A stretch of DNA of 64,000 nucleotides from Octopus vulgaris (Eukaryota), in contig OX597819.1 in assembly GCA_951406725.2 (NCBI GenBank), forward strand, positions 80,290,001-80,354,000, in the 5' to 3' direction. Under the pieces are notes generated by a model. That model did not search any database. It was not told the origin of the DNA and was given only the letters and a program-made list of their open reading frames with translations. Below, piece by piece: positions 41,500-54,874 of the stretch; within the stretch, counting starts at the first letter, position 1, and each line of letters starts with the position of its first letter. Position numbers and translations under genes: made by a program.

Positions 41500-41905
41500 T
41501 AATATAATAATAAGAGTAAATAATTTCTATATTATATTATATTATATTATATTACTAATTGGATTTATTACTCTTATTATCATATTACTAATTGGATTTT
41601 TCACTCCCTTACGACAACCCATAATTCCTACCCCTATGGAACTATTTTTGTAATGCGCATGGAAAAATTTTGGAGGGAAGATTTACGAATTCAAACGTCT
41701 ATGTAGGTTTAGCCTATGCTCGCTTTCTTCAACTATTTTGATGTCGCATGGTCAGAAAGTTCGAGGTACGTAGCATTTGATAAATCTATGATAAATCTAT
41801 TTCAAAGGAAAGCTGGGTTGAAGATGGATGTGAAATATATATGCAATATATATGAAATATATATTCAATATGTTTATAATCCAGAAACATGATGTTCGCA
41901 GATAA
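41500..41905 (+). mobile_element. Diverged relative of the 54763-55610 hammerhead element
   Basis: Shares GGATT..TCA.TCC.TTACGA..ACCC, GCGCAT...AATTTTGGAGGGAA.ATTTACG, ACTAT..TGATGTCGC..GGTCAGAA and a decayed hammerhead TTGAAGA-TGGAT...ATCCA-GAAAC-ATGAT-GTT at 41813-41901. Confidence 0.7.
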
Positions 41906-42911
41906 CTGCCAGACTTCGTTTTCGTTATCTATTGCTTCTGTTTTGCATATGTGAATTACAGGGTATGTCGTGTGTGGAGCCCCACTTGTAGAAAATAGAA
42001 ATAAACAGTCTTGACTGCTATTTCTAATTTTTCGTACACACATGCATACATACATACATACATACATACATACATACATACATACATAAATACATACATA
42101 CATACATACATACATACATACATACATACATACATAAAAAAGCTAATTCGAAGACTACAGTTGCAATCCTTCACTAGAACTGTGAAAATCTGTAAAACTA
42201 TCCAGAAGTTTATCATTTAAATATATATGAGCACGTCTAGATATGTAACTATATGCATGAGAATACATACATAAAACATACAAATCTACACATACATACA
42301 TAAATACATAAAAAAGCCAGTCGTTGATGTTGAAATTCCCAAAGTGCAGCAATATCACGCCAACATCGTCCTTTTTCGTTAGAACATTGCATTGTTGCTT
42401 AGCTCTAATCCAACCGTGACAATTCATTTTCCGGATCTTTGTGGTTTTCGTCACCGTTTACAATTACGTTTAAAACAATTTTTTTAATGTATCATATAAA
42501 TGTAACTTTTGACGTTGAAGTTGCTGTTCATTTGCTTTGGAAATAGAAATTTTCGCCACGGTGATATGTAAAATACGCACTTCTGATTGGCCAAAATACC
42601 TAAATTTTGCAAATTTTAAAGGCTAATAACTTTTTAATTATGGATTTATATGGAAAATGAATTTCATTTTCATAATTAGTATACAAAACTTAATCCATAT
42701 ACCAAATTTGAAAACAACTGGAAAAAAAAAATTGTGAACAGCGACGAAAACCAGAAAGATCCCATTTTTCTTTTTCGTTTCAAATGATTGTTCATCCAGC
42801 ACTGAATTATACGAATTCAATTTTCTCCTCTTCTGACAGTAAAGGGTCGTTCCGAAATTTAGTTTATAATGACTTTCCTCATTGTCTCATATATTTTGCT
42901 GCTGCTGTTGT

Positions 42912-42993
<82 letters not shown>

Positions 42994-43453
42994 ACTGCTA
43001 CTGCTACTGCTGCTTTTGATGATGATGATGATGATGATAATATCGCTGCTGCTTATACTGCTGCTGCTGATGACGATGATTTTCAGTTTTCTCATTGGCT
43101 CGTTTGTGTTGTTTGTTTTTGTTGCTGTTGTTTCTGTTGCTGCTGCTGTTTCGTCGAATATATGAACCCACATTATGCACAACTATAATCAAATGTAGCC
43201 TAACCTTAAGACCATCTTGTCTTTCTTATAGCATGAATTATTTAATCCATCCTTCCTTGGTTACGTCAGTGATCTGAGGGAAGCAGCAGCTGTTTTTAGC
43301 TCATCGTATTGTTTTTGTTACTAGTGGTGGTCGTAGTGGTGGTGGTGGTGGTGGTGGTGGTGGTGGTGGTGGCCTTGGTGATCGTCGTCGTCGTCGTTGT
43401 TGTGGTAGCTTTGATATTTGCTTGCAGAGCTGATGTCATTATTTATTTATTTA

Positions 43454-43571
43454 TGGCGGCAAACTGGCAGAATCGTTAGCACGCCAGGCAAAATGTTTAG
43501 CGGCATTTCGTCCACCTTGACGTTCTGAGTTCAAATTCAGCCGAGGTCGACTTTGCTATTCATTCTTTCGG
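43454..43571 (+). mobile_element. SINE family B 5' part
   Basis: GGCGGCAAACTGGCAGAATCGTTAGCACGCC...GAGTTCAAATTCAGCCGAGGTCGACTTTGC. Confidence 0.75.
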
Positions 43572-43920
43572 TAGTGGTAGTGGTGGTAATGTGATATTCA
43601 TGGTAACGATCGTGGTGGTGGCGGCGGCAGTTTTGATAGTGGTGGTGGTGTTGGAGGTGAAAGTAGTGATGGGGGTGGAAGAGGTGGGGGTGGCGGTGGT
43701 GGTGGTGGTGTTAGTGGTGTTGGTGGCAGTAGTGGCGGCGTTAGTGGTGGCGGTGGCCGGAGAGTAATGATGGTAGTGGTGATGGGTAGCAATTTCTGAT
43801 GGTTGGAGTGGCCGTGTCGGTGAAGATAACAGGTGGCGTTGTTACTGGTGCTTGGTGACATTGATTGTGATAATGGGGATGTTGTGAAGAGGTGCTTGTG
43901 AACAGGGTGCTGGTGGTGGT

Positions 43921-43964
<44 letters not shown>

Positions 43965-44082
43965 ATAGTGGTAAGAGCAGCAGCAGTAGAAGCAGCAGTA
44001 GTAATAACAGTAGTAGCTGTAGTAGTAGAAGTAGCAGTAACTGCAGCAGCAGCAGTAGCAGCAGCAGCAGCAGTAGTAGTAA

Positions 44083-44135
<53 letters not shown>

Positions 44136-44695
44136 TCTGTAGCAGCAGCTGCTGTAGTAGTAGTAGTAGTGTTGGAAGTAGTGGTGCTTGTCTTAGTAAA
44201 AATATTAATGGTGATGAGGTAAACATGGTGTGAAGTATTGCCAGCAGCGGCGGCGGCGGCGGCGGTGGCCGTCGTGGTCATGGTGGTCTTCATGGTCGTG
44301 GTGGTCGTGGTTGTGGTGGTCGTGGTCGTGGTGGTCATGACGCAGTAGCATGTTATGTAAGGCCACTCACAGTAATAAATCACACAAGACACAAGTCTAA
44401 TGAATAAAACAATTTGCAGTTTATACAACGGCATTTGTCATCACTGTCGTCATCATCATCATCATCAACATCATCATCACCACTACCATCATCATCGTTG
44501 ACGTTGCTCGTCGTCATCGTCGTGAACGTCAGCTTCAACAGCATCATCAATGTCATCATCGCCGTCATCATCGTTATCATTATCATCGTCTTCTTCATCT
44601 CCCACACCGTCAGTCATCATCGTCATCATCATCATCATCATCATCATCATCACCACCACTACCACCATTATCATTATTACCACCACTACTACTAG

Positions 44696-44726
<31 letters not shown>

Positions 44727-44741
44727 GTCGTCGTCGTCGTC

Positions 44742-44778
<37 letters not shown>

Positions 44779-44864
44779 CCACCACTACCACCATCATCAT
44801 TATTACCACCACTACTACTACCACCACCGCTATCATCATCATCATCATCATTGTCATCGTCGTC

Positions 44865-44931
<67 letters not shown>

Positions 44932-45276
44932 ATGCTGTTATCGTCATTAGTGTTAGTAACAAAGGGCAGTTTCATCCTTCTGTCTATCATCATATATTCA
45001 TCAATACTATTAATTTCGTTGGCGTGTTTGTTTTTGGATTGGGTTAATTTTACTCCTGTTGCCGTCGCTGCACTTGGCTGTTTTTACAGTCGTTGTTGTT
45101 TAACGTAAGGGTAAATATAAAAAAAAAGAAAACAAGACCCCTGAATGAAAGAAAGAAATGGATTGGCTTAGAAATTATAGTCGATGCGGTTGTAAAAGAT
45201 TTTTGTTGATGTTTTACTTGGTCTTGTTGTTTAAGGATTTAAAATTAAAGACTAAGGAAAAATTAAGTTAACAAAC

Positions 45277-45595
45277 TGGTGGTACTCCATCGGTTACAAC
45301 GCCGAGGGTTCCAGTTGATCCAACCAAAATACGGAACAGCCTGTTCATGAAATTAACGTGCAAGTGGCTGAGCACTTCACACACGCGAGTACCTTTAACG
45401 TAGCTCTAAGGAACATTGAGCATAGCACAGAATGTGACAAAGCTGGTCCCCTTAAAATGCAGATACAATTCAGTTTTGCCAGCTAAGTAAACTGGAGCAA
45501 CGTGAAATAAAGTGCCTTGCTCAAGGACACAACGAGACGCCGGGAATCGAACTCCCAACTTCATGATCGTAAGTCGAATACCCTAACGACTAAGT
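45277..45595 (-). mobile_element. CORE-like SINE (family D head, alternative tail)
   Basis: AACTGGAGCAACGTGAAATAAAGTGCCTTGCTCAAGGACACAAC...GGGAATCGAACTC is shared with 36330-36410. Confidence 0.7.
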
Positions 45596-45957
45596 TGTTA
45601 GAATTTGTTTCTTAGTTGTTGTTTCTTCCTTAATACTACGAAGTTCTTAAAATTTCTAGTTAATGGCAATATATCATTCTTTTTAGAAGTGACCAGCATG
45701 ACATAATCGGAAGTATATTAATCATACTTTTTATGAAGATAGCCATTTCTCATGTATAGTCTACAGGTAATTTGTGGATTTTCTGTTTATTGGAAGAGTA
45801 ACTTATTAAAGGAACTTCCCCATCATTTGAATTTTCAAATAGTTGGTGTCCTTAGGAGTGCATCAAGAGATAAACGCCTGCGTCTGGAATATATATCCCA
45901 CTTGACTTGATACATACATACATACATACATACGTACGTACAGACACATACACACAT

Positions 45958-45993
<36 letters not shown>

Positions 45994-45994
45994 T

Positions 45995-46031
<37 letters not shown>

Positions 46032-46093
46032 ATATAGATATATAGATATGTATGTACGTATATATGTACATATATTTATATACACATATATGC

Positions 46094-46124
<31 letters not shown>

Positions 46125-46170
46125 CATACACACACACATAAATATATATATGTGTGTGTGCGTCTGTGTA

Positions 46171-46377
46171 GGATAATCCCTCGCCATATCGCGGTTCACC
46201 TATAGCAGTTCACCTATTTAGGTTTATTATTGAAGCTTACGTCGATTGCTCCGTGGTGTTGCCTTGCATTTATGATAAAATGAATATCTACAAATTATAA
46301 AAATAATAATAATAAAGTATACAGTACTGTTTCTACTTCGCGGAATTTCACTTACCGCGATGGCCGAGCGATTACTG

Positions 46378-46379
<2 letters not shown>
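46171..46379. mobile_element. pogo/Tigger-like MITE
   Basis: TAATCCCTCGCCATATCGCGGT ... ACCGCGATGGCCGAGCGATTACTG-TA are imperfect TIRs ending CTG-TA. Confidence 0.65.
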
Positions 46380-46412
<33 letters not shown>

Positions 46413-46413
46413 T

Positions 46414-46497
<84 letters not shown>

Positions 46498-46539
46498 TGT
46501 GTATCAGAAGAAAACACCGAGTGCTTCGACAAGATTTCA

Positions 46540-46975
46540 ACCTATTAAGCTCAGTATCTCTCCACACGGTGGGTCCGCCACAGCTGGACATATTGCGTTG
46601 CAACCAGACTCATGACAGTTCTGTGACCTTACATGCATTCACAAACCTCCTGGTAATCCAAACACTGCCCTTAACTGCTTCCTCTCCACATTCTTTGATG
46701 GTCTTCAGATACACCAGCCACCTTCAGAAACCTTCTAAGAAAAGCTGCTGGGAAACGCTTGCAGACGACCTCGAACGCAACCAGCTCGCAGATGTAACCC
46801 TTCTCCTGAATCTCAGCTATCAGCTCTTCATAGCCCAACACCTTCCGCTCATGGGCCTCAGCAATGCTCTCCTTCCTTGGCACAGTAAGCTCCCCAAGGA
46901 CCACACATTTCTGACTCTCATCTACCAAAACCAGGTTAGGCCGGTGTGCTGACACAACGATGTTTTCAGGCAATG
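46540..46975 (-). mobile_element. HERO-like RLE LINE 3' fragment
   Basis: PENIVVSAHRPNLVLVD...VVLGELTVP.KESIAEAHERKVLGYEELI...GY....FEV matches the RPD..ELTVP.E...EA.ERK..KY pattern. Confidence 0.8.
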
Positions 46976-47060
46976 GCTTGTCTATTTACAATTCTGCCAA
47001 CACATCTTCAGGTTCTTTTTCAAAATATTGTTAATCTAATTTTACATCACCTTAAAATTA

Positions 47061-47455
47061 AGTGTGGTAAGTAGCTTGCTAACCAACCACATGGTTTCGG
47101 GTTCAGTCCCACTGCGTGGCATCTTGGGCAAGTGTCTTCTACTATAGCCCCGGGCCGACCAATGCCTCATGAGTGGATTTGGTAGACGGAAACTGAAAGA
47201 AGCCTGTCGTATATATATATGTATGTGTGTGTGTTTGTGTGTCTGTGTTTGTTCCCCTAGCATTGCTTGACAACCGATGCTGGTGTGTTTACGTCCCTGT
47301 CACTTAGCGGTTCCGCAAAAAGAGACCGATAGAATAAGTACTGGGCTTACAAAAAGAATAAGTCCCGGGGTCGAGTTGCTCGACTAAAGGCGGTGCTCCA
47401 GCATGGCCGCAGTCAAATGACTGAAACAAGTAAAAGAGTAAAAGAGAGTAAAGAG
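47061..47455 (+). mobile_element. tRNA-derived SINE family A, near full length
   Basis: GTGTGGTAAGTAGCTTGC...GGTTCAGTCCCACTGCGTGGCATCTTGGGCAAGTG, short (TA/TG) linker, 3' half ending GAAACAAGTAAAAGAGTAAAAGAG. Further copies or fragments lie near 32800, 38715, 40500, 49550, 58495 and 63430. Confidence 0.85.
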
Positions 47456-47888
47456 AATTAAAGATTATAGATTATACATTATAAAGATGAATTAGTATAC
47501 ATCTATCAAACTTATAAAATCAAGTATATAATGTCAAATACAAAATATAAGATATAAAATATACATCAGAATATAAGTATCTGTGAATAAATGTGAAAAA
47601 CAACATAAAAAGTGTAAATACATATCCTCCTATGGTGGAACCAAGATGTCTTTCAAAATGGCGATTAGAGGAAGTGAAGATAGCAGAGGACTATGGGAAT
47701 AAATAGGTGATTAGTACCAAGGGAGCAATTACACTATTATTATCTTCAATCTAACTATGTTGAGGGATATATATAATTTGTATTATATAATTTTTAGTAC
47801 TATTTATTTATTTATTTAATTATTTATATAATCTATTCAAGTGCTGTAGAAATCAAAAGTATGTGGTTATTTCATTCAGGTTGGGGGT

Positions 47889-48135
47889 TCAGTATTTCAT
47901 TTTATTGAAAGTAAAATTACTTTTGTGTCTACATTTAACTCCTCGTTCGTCGTATGTGTTTAGTAATTTATCTGTAGACTGTAGTATTTTCATAAATTCT
48001 GTTATACATAATAAACACATTTTATTCCCAATATTATAAGCTCTACCTATTATACTCCAAGTGTGTAATCTCTTTTTATAGATTTTAAATCCCATATATT
48101 TACTTAAACCTGTGGAATTACTTAAATTATGATTT
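47889..48135 (-). mobile_element. Penelope-like element C-terminal fragment
   Basis: WSIIGRAYNIGNKMCLLCITEFMKIL...LLNTYDERGVKCRHKSNF fits the W.I...Y...C.LC..E...I...LLN...E...CRH motif. Confidence 0.75.
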
Positions 48136-48145
48136 TTGAAAGTCT

Positions 48146-48181
<36 letters not shown>

Positions 48182-48242
48182 AGAAAATGGAGCATTTGAA
48201 ACATCCAAATCAGTTTATTTACATAGCAGTCGATTACGTAAG

Positions 48243-48330
48243 TCTTACGATCATTTCAATATCCGCCTTCGTTCATTTTACAATTAACAATTGCCTTATG
48301 AATTCAGAAGACAGAAATCACGTCAGGGTC
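48243..48330 (-). ncRNA. Decayed type I hammerhead motif
   Basis: Minus strand: CTGACGT-[GATTTCTGTCTTC...GAAGGCGGATATT stem]-GAAAT-GATC-GTA. Same GATCGTA end as the 3578 motif, with core substitutions. Confidence 0.5.
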
Positions 48331-50711
48331 AAAATCGACATATTACTTTTACATCCTAATAGATTGAGCATTCATTACCGACTGGGATAGCAGCATGGGT
48401 TTTTTAGTGTGTGTGAGTGTATGTCAGCGTCTGTCTTTACGCTTAATTATTCCCTGTTTCTTCTTTCTATATGTATATGCGCGTGCATGCGTGTGTGTGT
48501 GTGTGTATGTGAGAGAGATAGAGAGAGAAAGAGAAAGAGAAAATGAGAGAGGGAGGGGGTTATTTGTCTTTGGAATTCTTTTCTAAAAGTAGCCACAAAG
48601 TTTGATGACAGCAGGACAGTAGTGAGCTGATGTCTTGGATAATTTTAGGTCAAATACTACCATGCCCCTCATATTATTTATATTGTTTTTTTTTGTTGGC
48701 TTTTTAGGTCGTGAAAAAAAGCTATACAATATATATATTCATATACTATTTATTTTTCAGTATCCAAATCCACTTATTTTATTTCTCTTAGTTTAACTAA
48801 ATTTAGTGAATTTTCATTTAATGATACCATTTATTTATCTTTCATTTTCTAGGTTTATTAGTTTTATTGGTGTTTAATGTTAATGCTTGTCAACTTCTAA
48901 ATTTATTTATTTCAATAGGGGCATGATTTTCCTTGTATCAGATGCATAATGCTAAATTTTAATTATAGGTATATTTCAATTAGTGAGTTTAAATTTCACC
49001 ATAAGAGTTATTCCTACGAATATTCAATTTTATTCAATTTTATCATAGATTGTTTACCTATATATAGTTTATTCAACATTATTAAAAAGATTATTAAGAT
49101 TATTAAATATATTTATGCATAGACATATACCCTCACATATTATCTTTAATCTGTGCATTTATATATACACCTACATATATGCACGCACATATATATACAC
49201 GCACACACATTCGTGCGCGTGTACTCCCCACCACATACACATACACACACTCATATTTCAGTTATGAATCCAATTCCTCCATATAATTAGTTAATATAAT
49301 TATTGATTTATTTAGGTGTATTAGCTGATCGTAAGAGTTACACATCGTATTCTTCCAATGGGATTATTATTATAACCATTTTTGACATTGGTTTATTCAC
49401 ATCATGCTTCTAGAATTATATTATTACTAACAATGCGCCCCGGCGTTGCCTGGGTGTTATGACCCACAGTCACATTGTATTATGGGCAGAATCGGCACAC
49501 GTGGAGTATGAAGCAAAAAACGGTCATTTTCAGATGAACAACGCTGCAGTTTCCGTGAACCAAATTCAGTCACAAGTCTGTGGTTAGCCTAGGGCAAAAT
49601 TAGAAAACACTTGCCCAAGGTACTATGCAGAAAGACTGAACGTGGAACCACGTGGTTGGGAAGCAAACTTCTCAACCACATAGTCATTCTTGCACCAAAT
49701 GTGTTTGGGTGTGTGTAGGTGTGTGTGCTTACATTTGTTGTTAAATCGAGTATTGTGTCCCACTTTGTCTCAAAGTTAGCAGTTCATCAAGCAGAGTTCT
49801 ATACAATAAATGCTATATTGAAATATGAACTGAGGTCAGTATGATCAATTAAATTTTTGAAGGTGATAACCCATTATAGCGACAGTCGAAAGACTAAACC
49901 CAATGAAATAATGTTTAAAGACTTCATAGCTTCAAATTTAAGGAATTGGATTACTAACCCCAAGATAATGAATGAGGTCCAAACCTCATAATGAATGAGG
50001 TCCAAACCTCATAATGAATGAGGTCCAAACCTCCCACTCTATACGATAACACTATATTTACATCTCAGTCTACTTGACTTCCAATAATTAACGATTTTAA
50101 TTTGAAGTTGAATGGTTAGCAGTAAGAAAGATGTCCAGATTTCTTTAAAATTATTGTACAAAATATTCTGAGATAAGGTATTTTTTCACAACAAAACACA
50201 CACTCACACACACACATACACGCACGCACACACACACACACACACACACGCACATACACATAGATGCGTCTGTGATAACTTGAGCTACTACAAATAGCAG
50301 CCAAATCCCTCTTAAAACACACGCTTTCATCAAAAGCTAGACTCAGATTTACAGCATTTCAGGAAGAAAAAAAAAAGCGATTGGACTGCTACATCAGAGG
50401 CAACTCTGTGCTAAATCAAACATAGACAAATATACTTCATTTAAAGATTATCTGCTAAATAATACCAATAAAGCTGGCGCTATATCTTCGAAGTTTCATT
50501 CCCTGGTAAAATTCCCTTAGCTAATGACCTCAAAATTCTGCCAACCAAGTTAGTTTTCGAGGTTATTTTTGTTGTAAAAAGCAGCTGTGCAAAAAACATA
50601 CTTTATTTGGTAGTCGAAAGACTACTAAATCTTTTGATACCTCATACGTCAAAATCGGCAACTCAGTTTTCGAATCCATAAAGAACACACACATACACAC
50701 TCCATTTCATA

Positions 50712-50829
<118 letters not shown>

Positions 50830-50907
50830 ACTATTATTATTATTAGGCATATGCTTATACTTATTCTCTATTCAATTTACTATTATTACTATTTTTTTAA
50901 TTTTATT

Positions 50908-51125
50908 CTAATTGTACTTATTCAACGTGTATTTAACTCTGTGCTGGCAAGAAACTCCTCTTTCTCTCATGCTGTTGATCAATTTACGCTTCGATGTCAT
51001 GATATGGAATATTTCCTCTACGCGTAAGTCACACCTCTTAGCCTCAGCGCCATAGGATTTAGCCCAACTAATTACTTCCCACTTCAGCTTATAATCCTTA
51101 TTTTTTTCTTTTAACTGTAGCTCTT
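50908..51125 (-). mobile_element. Penelope-like element C-terminal fragment
   Basis: QLKEKNKDYKLKWEVISWAKSY...KRCDLRVEEIFHI...LINSMRERGVSCQHRVKYTL, the same motif as 47889-48135. Confidence 0.75.
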
Positions 51126-51428
51126 CAGTGAAGACCTTGCAGGACACATAATCAGCATAACCAGACACAAAACGTCTCCACGAAAGAGAACATGCATAAA
51201 GTTACGCCAATTGTGTATCAAAAATCTCTATCCAAATGTCTTCATGCTGGTGAACCAAACCGTCTTCTTCTAGCATATTAGAAATCCACCTTGGTGGCTA
51301 TTGCTCTAATTTATATATGTAATATCATTCATAGTCTTCAGACATTTTTAAGTATGCTAGCCACTGGTTTGAATTAATTTTAATAAATAATATTAATTTC
51401 CAACCTTATTATCTAACTTATACACACC

Positions 51429-51468
<40 letters not shown>

Positions 51469-51483
51469 GACAGACAGACATAC

Positions 51484-51567
<84 letters not shown>

Positions 51568-51572
51568 CGATC

Positions 51573-51638
<66 letters not shown>

Positions 51639-52019
51639 CAGACAGATGGATATACATATTTATATATGTATGTAGAAAGAGACAAAAGTGACAGAGGGTG
51701 CTGACTATAAGAATTAAAACAACTCAAAAGCCACAACGCATTATCTTAATTGTGCCTTTAGGTTCAAATTTCTAATAAGGCACCCACATAATTTGTTGTA
51801 TATATGCAGCACGGACTTTGTCAGTGAACTGGTCATGGTCTGAAAGCGACGAAAATATTTTGGCAAATTACATTTAGATGCTGATGTGAATCTAACGGTT
51901 TTTGTGTGTTTTTTTAATGGCTTATAAACATCTGACACGCTGCTAATATTTTTGCTTCAGATCAGGACACTTGCTATGCAAGTACATCTCCGCAATATAT
52001 ATATATATATATATATATA

Positions 52020-52625
52020 TGCCTTTCTTACTTTGCACTTCACTGACCCTGCCTTTCTTTAGTCCCGCCAATTCTTGCCACGCTCTCTTTCTTCTCCCTC
52101 TCTTTAATTCCTTCTTTCTCCTTTTCTCTCTCTTCTCTTCTCCCGTGACCGCCGGTCAACTACAGCCTTTCGGCTTCTGACCAGCGCCAGAACAACACCG
52201 ATTTCTTCGTCTGCCGTAAGTCATTATTTGTCTAACACGACAGCTAATTTGAATTGTCTAAAGTCGAAAGACGCCTGTTGTTTTTGTCCTGTTATTATTA
52301 TTATTAATATTATTATTATTGCTTTTTGTATTTATATTCGTATTACTTTTTGTTTTTTGTATTTAATTTCGTGTAACATCGTCTGTTTTTCTGTCCTTGT
52401 TTCGCATACATTCGATCCTTTTTCCAAAAAATCTAATGCTCGTAGCTTAGTTTTTCCTGGGGCTGGCCAGATCGGAGCAATCTCAAGATTAATCTGCCGA
52501 AATTGCGAGGATGATCCGGTTCTTGACTGAAGATTAGAGGCTTCGAATGACCCGCCCGTTTTCGTAGCGTCTATTTGAATGTTTTGCGTTCTTGTCCCAT
52601 TTTGTATTTTTATATATATTTTTAT
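52020..52625 (+). mobile_element. (TA)n-flanked non-coding element related to 60227-60760(-)
   Basis: Shares CTGCC.GAAAT...GGT.CTTGACTGAAGA...GGC..CGAATGACCCG..GTTTT and a CGTGACCG motif with the 60 kb element. Confidence 0.55.
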
Positions 52626-52637
52626 ACATACATACAC

Positions 52638-52673
<36 letters not shown>

Positions 52674-52815
52674 GTGGAGAGAAAGAGAGGGGGAGAGAAA
52701 GAGAAAGAAAGAAAGAAAGAGAGAGAGGGAAAGAGAGAGGGAGAGGAGATACAGATTACAGATAGAGAGACAGACAGACTGACAGACAGACAGACAGACA
52801 GACAGACAGATAGAC

Positions 52816-52907
<92 letters not shown>

Positions 52908-53064
52908 GCATACATACTAATATACAAAGGTAGAAATATTTGTGTACATATATATAACAACATAAATGTGTATCTGTGTGCGTAGATATTTTTGTATGTA
53001 TGTATACACACACACACGCACACACACACATTCACATATATATACGTGTGTGTGGAGGTACTGA

Positions 53065-53128
<64 letters not shown>

Positions 53129-53654
53129 GTGCATGTATATATACGTAGCTACGTACTTATGTACGTATGTATGTACGTACGGATGTGTGCGTGCATGTAT
53201 GTATGTACGTATGTATGTATTTAGCTATATACCTCATTTACACGAGTGTATATACATTGATAACATGACAAAAAATCAAACAGAAAAGAGAACGTGCTTG
53301 ATGTGACAAACGGCACACCACACACACATACACAAAAACACACATAGACACACACACGCACACACTTACACACACATACATGCAAACACATACACTCACA
53401 TACGCTTATACATCCACATATATACACATACGCTTATACATCCACATATATACACATACTAACATCGCCATATTGAGAGCCACAACATATCCTTATGATA
53501 GCCTCAGTGCACTTTCGCTGACGAGTTAATCTTGCTCTATCAGACGACTGACAGTTTTGCTTCCTTAATAGTTCCATATACATTCACCTGTTGTATGGGC
53601 TGTTTTTCTTCATATTCTTCAGTTTTAGGGCCTTCATCATTACAATAGTTCAAA

Positions 53655-54545
53655 TGGCGGCGAGCTGACAAAATCATTAGTGCGTCGGGCAAAAATATTT
53701 TGCGTCATTTCTTCGGTTCTACGCTCTAAGCTGAAATTCCGCCGAAGTCGATTTTTTCCTTTCATCCTTTCAGAGTCGATAAAATAAGTCCCAGTTAATC
53801 ACTGGAGTCGATGTGATCTGATACAAACTAATATTTATATCAGATAGTGCAGTGAGCTGGCAGAATCGTGAGCATGTCGGGCAAAATGTTCTGAATTCAA
53901 ATTTTGCCGAAGTCAACTTTGCCTTTCATCGTCTTGGAATCGTTAAAATGAGTATCAGTTGAATACTGGGGTATATGTAATCGACTTAACCCGCACTCGA
54001 AATTGTTGACGTTCTGCTAAAATTTGATACCAATATTTATATCAGATAAGGCGGTGAGCTGGCAGAAAGGTTAGCATGCCGGGCAAAATGCATAGCGGGA
54101 TTTCTTCGGCTCTTTATGTTCTGAGTTCAAATTCCGCCATGGTCCACTTTGCCTTTCATCTTTTCGGGATCGATAAAATAAGTACTTATCTGACGAACAC
54201 TAAGGATCAATGTAATCGACTATCCCCTACTCCCAAAATTACTTGCCTTTTGGCCAAACTTGAAATCATTATTAGCGCACTGGCAGAATCGTTAGCACGC
54301 CGGGCGAAATGCTTAGCAGTATTTCGTCTACCGCTACGTTCTGAGTTCAAATTCTGCCGAGGTCGACTTTGCCTTTCATCCTTTCAGGTTCGATTAAATA
54401 AGTACCAGTTACGCACTGGCGTCAATATAATCGACTTAATCCGTTTGTCTGTCCTTGTTTGTCCTCCCTGTGTTTAGCCCCTTGTGGGTAGTAAAGAAAT
54501 AGGTATTCCGTCCGTCCTTATGTTCTGTGTTCAAATTCCACCGAT
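53655..54545 (+). mobile_element. Head-to-tail cluster of four or more SINE family B copies
   Basis: Heads at about 53655, 53850, 54050 and 54280, with a partial at about 54505. The spacer AATATTTATATCAGATA recurs at about 53830 and 54032. Confidence 0.85.
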
Positions 54546-54574
54546 GTGTGTGTATGTATGCGTGTATATATATA

Positions 54575-54605
<31 letters not shown>

Positions 54606-54607
54606 GA

Positions 54608-54685
<78 letters not shown>

Positions 54686-54813
54686 GTATGTATATATATA
54701 TATATATATATGTATATTTATATATATATGTATATATATATATATATATGTATAATTCAATAAAAGAAAAAATAAGAAGGCTAACAGCAGGCTGTTTCAC
54801 CTCATACCGAAGG

Positions 54814-54874
54814 AGCGCCGATGACGGAATTCAAACTGTTTTCCACGTTTGCGATCCAGAAACATATGTCCGCT
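54814..54874 (+). ncRNA. Type I hammerhead motif, copy 1 (CCGAUGA variant)
   Basis: AGCG-CCGATGA-[GGA..CAAAC/GTTTG..TCC]-GAAAC-ATAT-GTC-CGCT. Confidence 0.7.

Noticed and set aside
49965-50033. Three 23-bp repeats (ATAATGAATGAGGTCCAAACCTC) as a CRISPR array
   Set aside because: Directly tandem with no spacers, no cas genes and a eukaryotic context, so a minisatellite.
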